A DNA stretch of 63,752 nt, filler included, from Octopus bimaculoides (lineage: Eukaryota), in the NCBI RefSeq assembly GCF_001194135.2. It is 5 parts of 5 records of this genome, joined end to end, with 100 filler letters (N's around TTAATTAATTAA, not from the genome) between each part and the next. Parts side by side here need not be neighbours in the genome. Positions count along the whole stretch, not along the records: positions 60,824 to 63,752 come from NC_068984.1; 4 more parts are not named here. One strand, given 5' to 3'. Of the stretch, positions 62,900 through 63,752 are shown one piece after another. The notes under the pieces are model-generated. The model ran no database searches and was not told the DNA's origin. It saw nothing but the letters and a program-made list of their open reading frames with translations. Within the stretch, counting starts at the first letter, position 1; each line of letters begins with the position of its first letter. The translations under genes were made by a program, and so were the position numbers.

Positions 62900-63500
62900 T
62901 ATGTACTTTCAAATGGCGTTAGATATTCACTTTCTCAGCTGTAATCTAGATGGGAAGGTCAACTTGCATTATGTTCTATTTATGTGAAGAACCCTGCCTA
63001 TGTCTGGACTATACACTAGGTGTTGAATCAATTCCATTCCCTCAAGTTCCTGGAGTTTATTTCGGGTCGTTCGAGTGGACTGAGGTCTTGCGTTGTCTTG
63101 CTACAGAAGAGATTGCTTTCTGTTGCCCAATGTCCGGTATTTTTGCCACACAATGGCATATATCCATTGCAGTTGTTCGGAATACAGGTTGACATCGATG
63201 GCTCAACCATCCGGAATGAATTCGTCGTGAATTATCCACTCATAATTCCACTAGACACAAACTACCACCTTGTATTCGAAATGTCCATACTTGGCGACAA
63301 GTTCCGAAAGCTGGCCCTTAACAATTGCTTATGCCTTTTAGGATGGCGGAAAATTATTTAACACGGGTTATTACTTGTTCCGATCCATGGCTCAATTACT
63401 GCGCTCGTGACGCTTCATCAAGCAAGAGGCGGTGGAAGTTTGAGTGAAGGAGCTCTTCGCCTCGAAGGATAAAAACTGCTGTCAGCGTAGGATAAAAAAA
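62900..63500 (-). pseudogene. mariner transposase relic (third family)
   Basis: KVVVCV*WNYEWIIHDEFIPDG*AIDVNLYSEQLQ...LL*QDNARPQSTRTTRNKLQELEGMELIQHLVYSPDIG. Confidence 0.85.
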
Positions 63501-63639
63501 CTGATAGAAAGGTGGCTTCAGACTATGTAACATAATGACTTGCGCTTTGAATGCTAGGCTGCTTAAAAAAAAAACTTGATGAATAAAACAAATAAGTTAA
63601 CAAAATATTGCATAACTTTTGATTCAAATATCTCTCTCG

Positions 63640-63694
63640 CTTTCGCGCTCTCATCTCTCTCTTTCTCTCTCTTTCTCTCTCTCTCTCTCTCTCG

Positions 63695-63752
<58 letters not shown>
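63640..63752. repeat. (CT)n microsatellite to window end
   Basis: Direct inspection. Confidence 0.95.

Overview
AT-rich, microsatellite-saturated metazoan genomic DNA with many N gaps. The SINE families, composition and intron sizes look like an octopus/coleoid cephalopod genome; this is inference and the species cannot be confirmed from the window. The only host gene I can support is a + strand TRPC (canonical transient receptor potential) channel. Coding exon A (19173-20099; ankyrin repeats and HxxxCxCxxC motif) splices in phase 0 across an 18.5 kb intron to exon B (38606-38948; pre-S1/S1/S2). No further exon is recognisable before the window ends. A CCAAT/octamer/ETS cluster at about 11.0 kb is a candidate promoter. 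The rest is mostly transposon debris: tRNA-derived SINEs, RTE, CR1, R4/Dong and Penelope retroelement fragments, a Helitron helicase relic, six Tc1/mariner copies, and hAT, piggyBac and Tigger-type MITEs. The most unusual object is a 2.2 kb element (20337-22540) just downstream of exon A. It has Helentron/HINE-type rolling-circle termini, a decayed internal copy of its own 3' terminus, and a nearly intact LINE-ORF1/gag-like zinc-knuckle ORF as cargo. That layout fits 3'-end-bypass capture of a retroelement gene by a rolling-circle transposon. All family assignments come from motif recognition by eye; no database searches were run, and repeat boundaries without TSDs are approximate.
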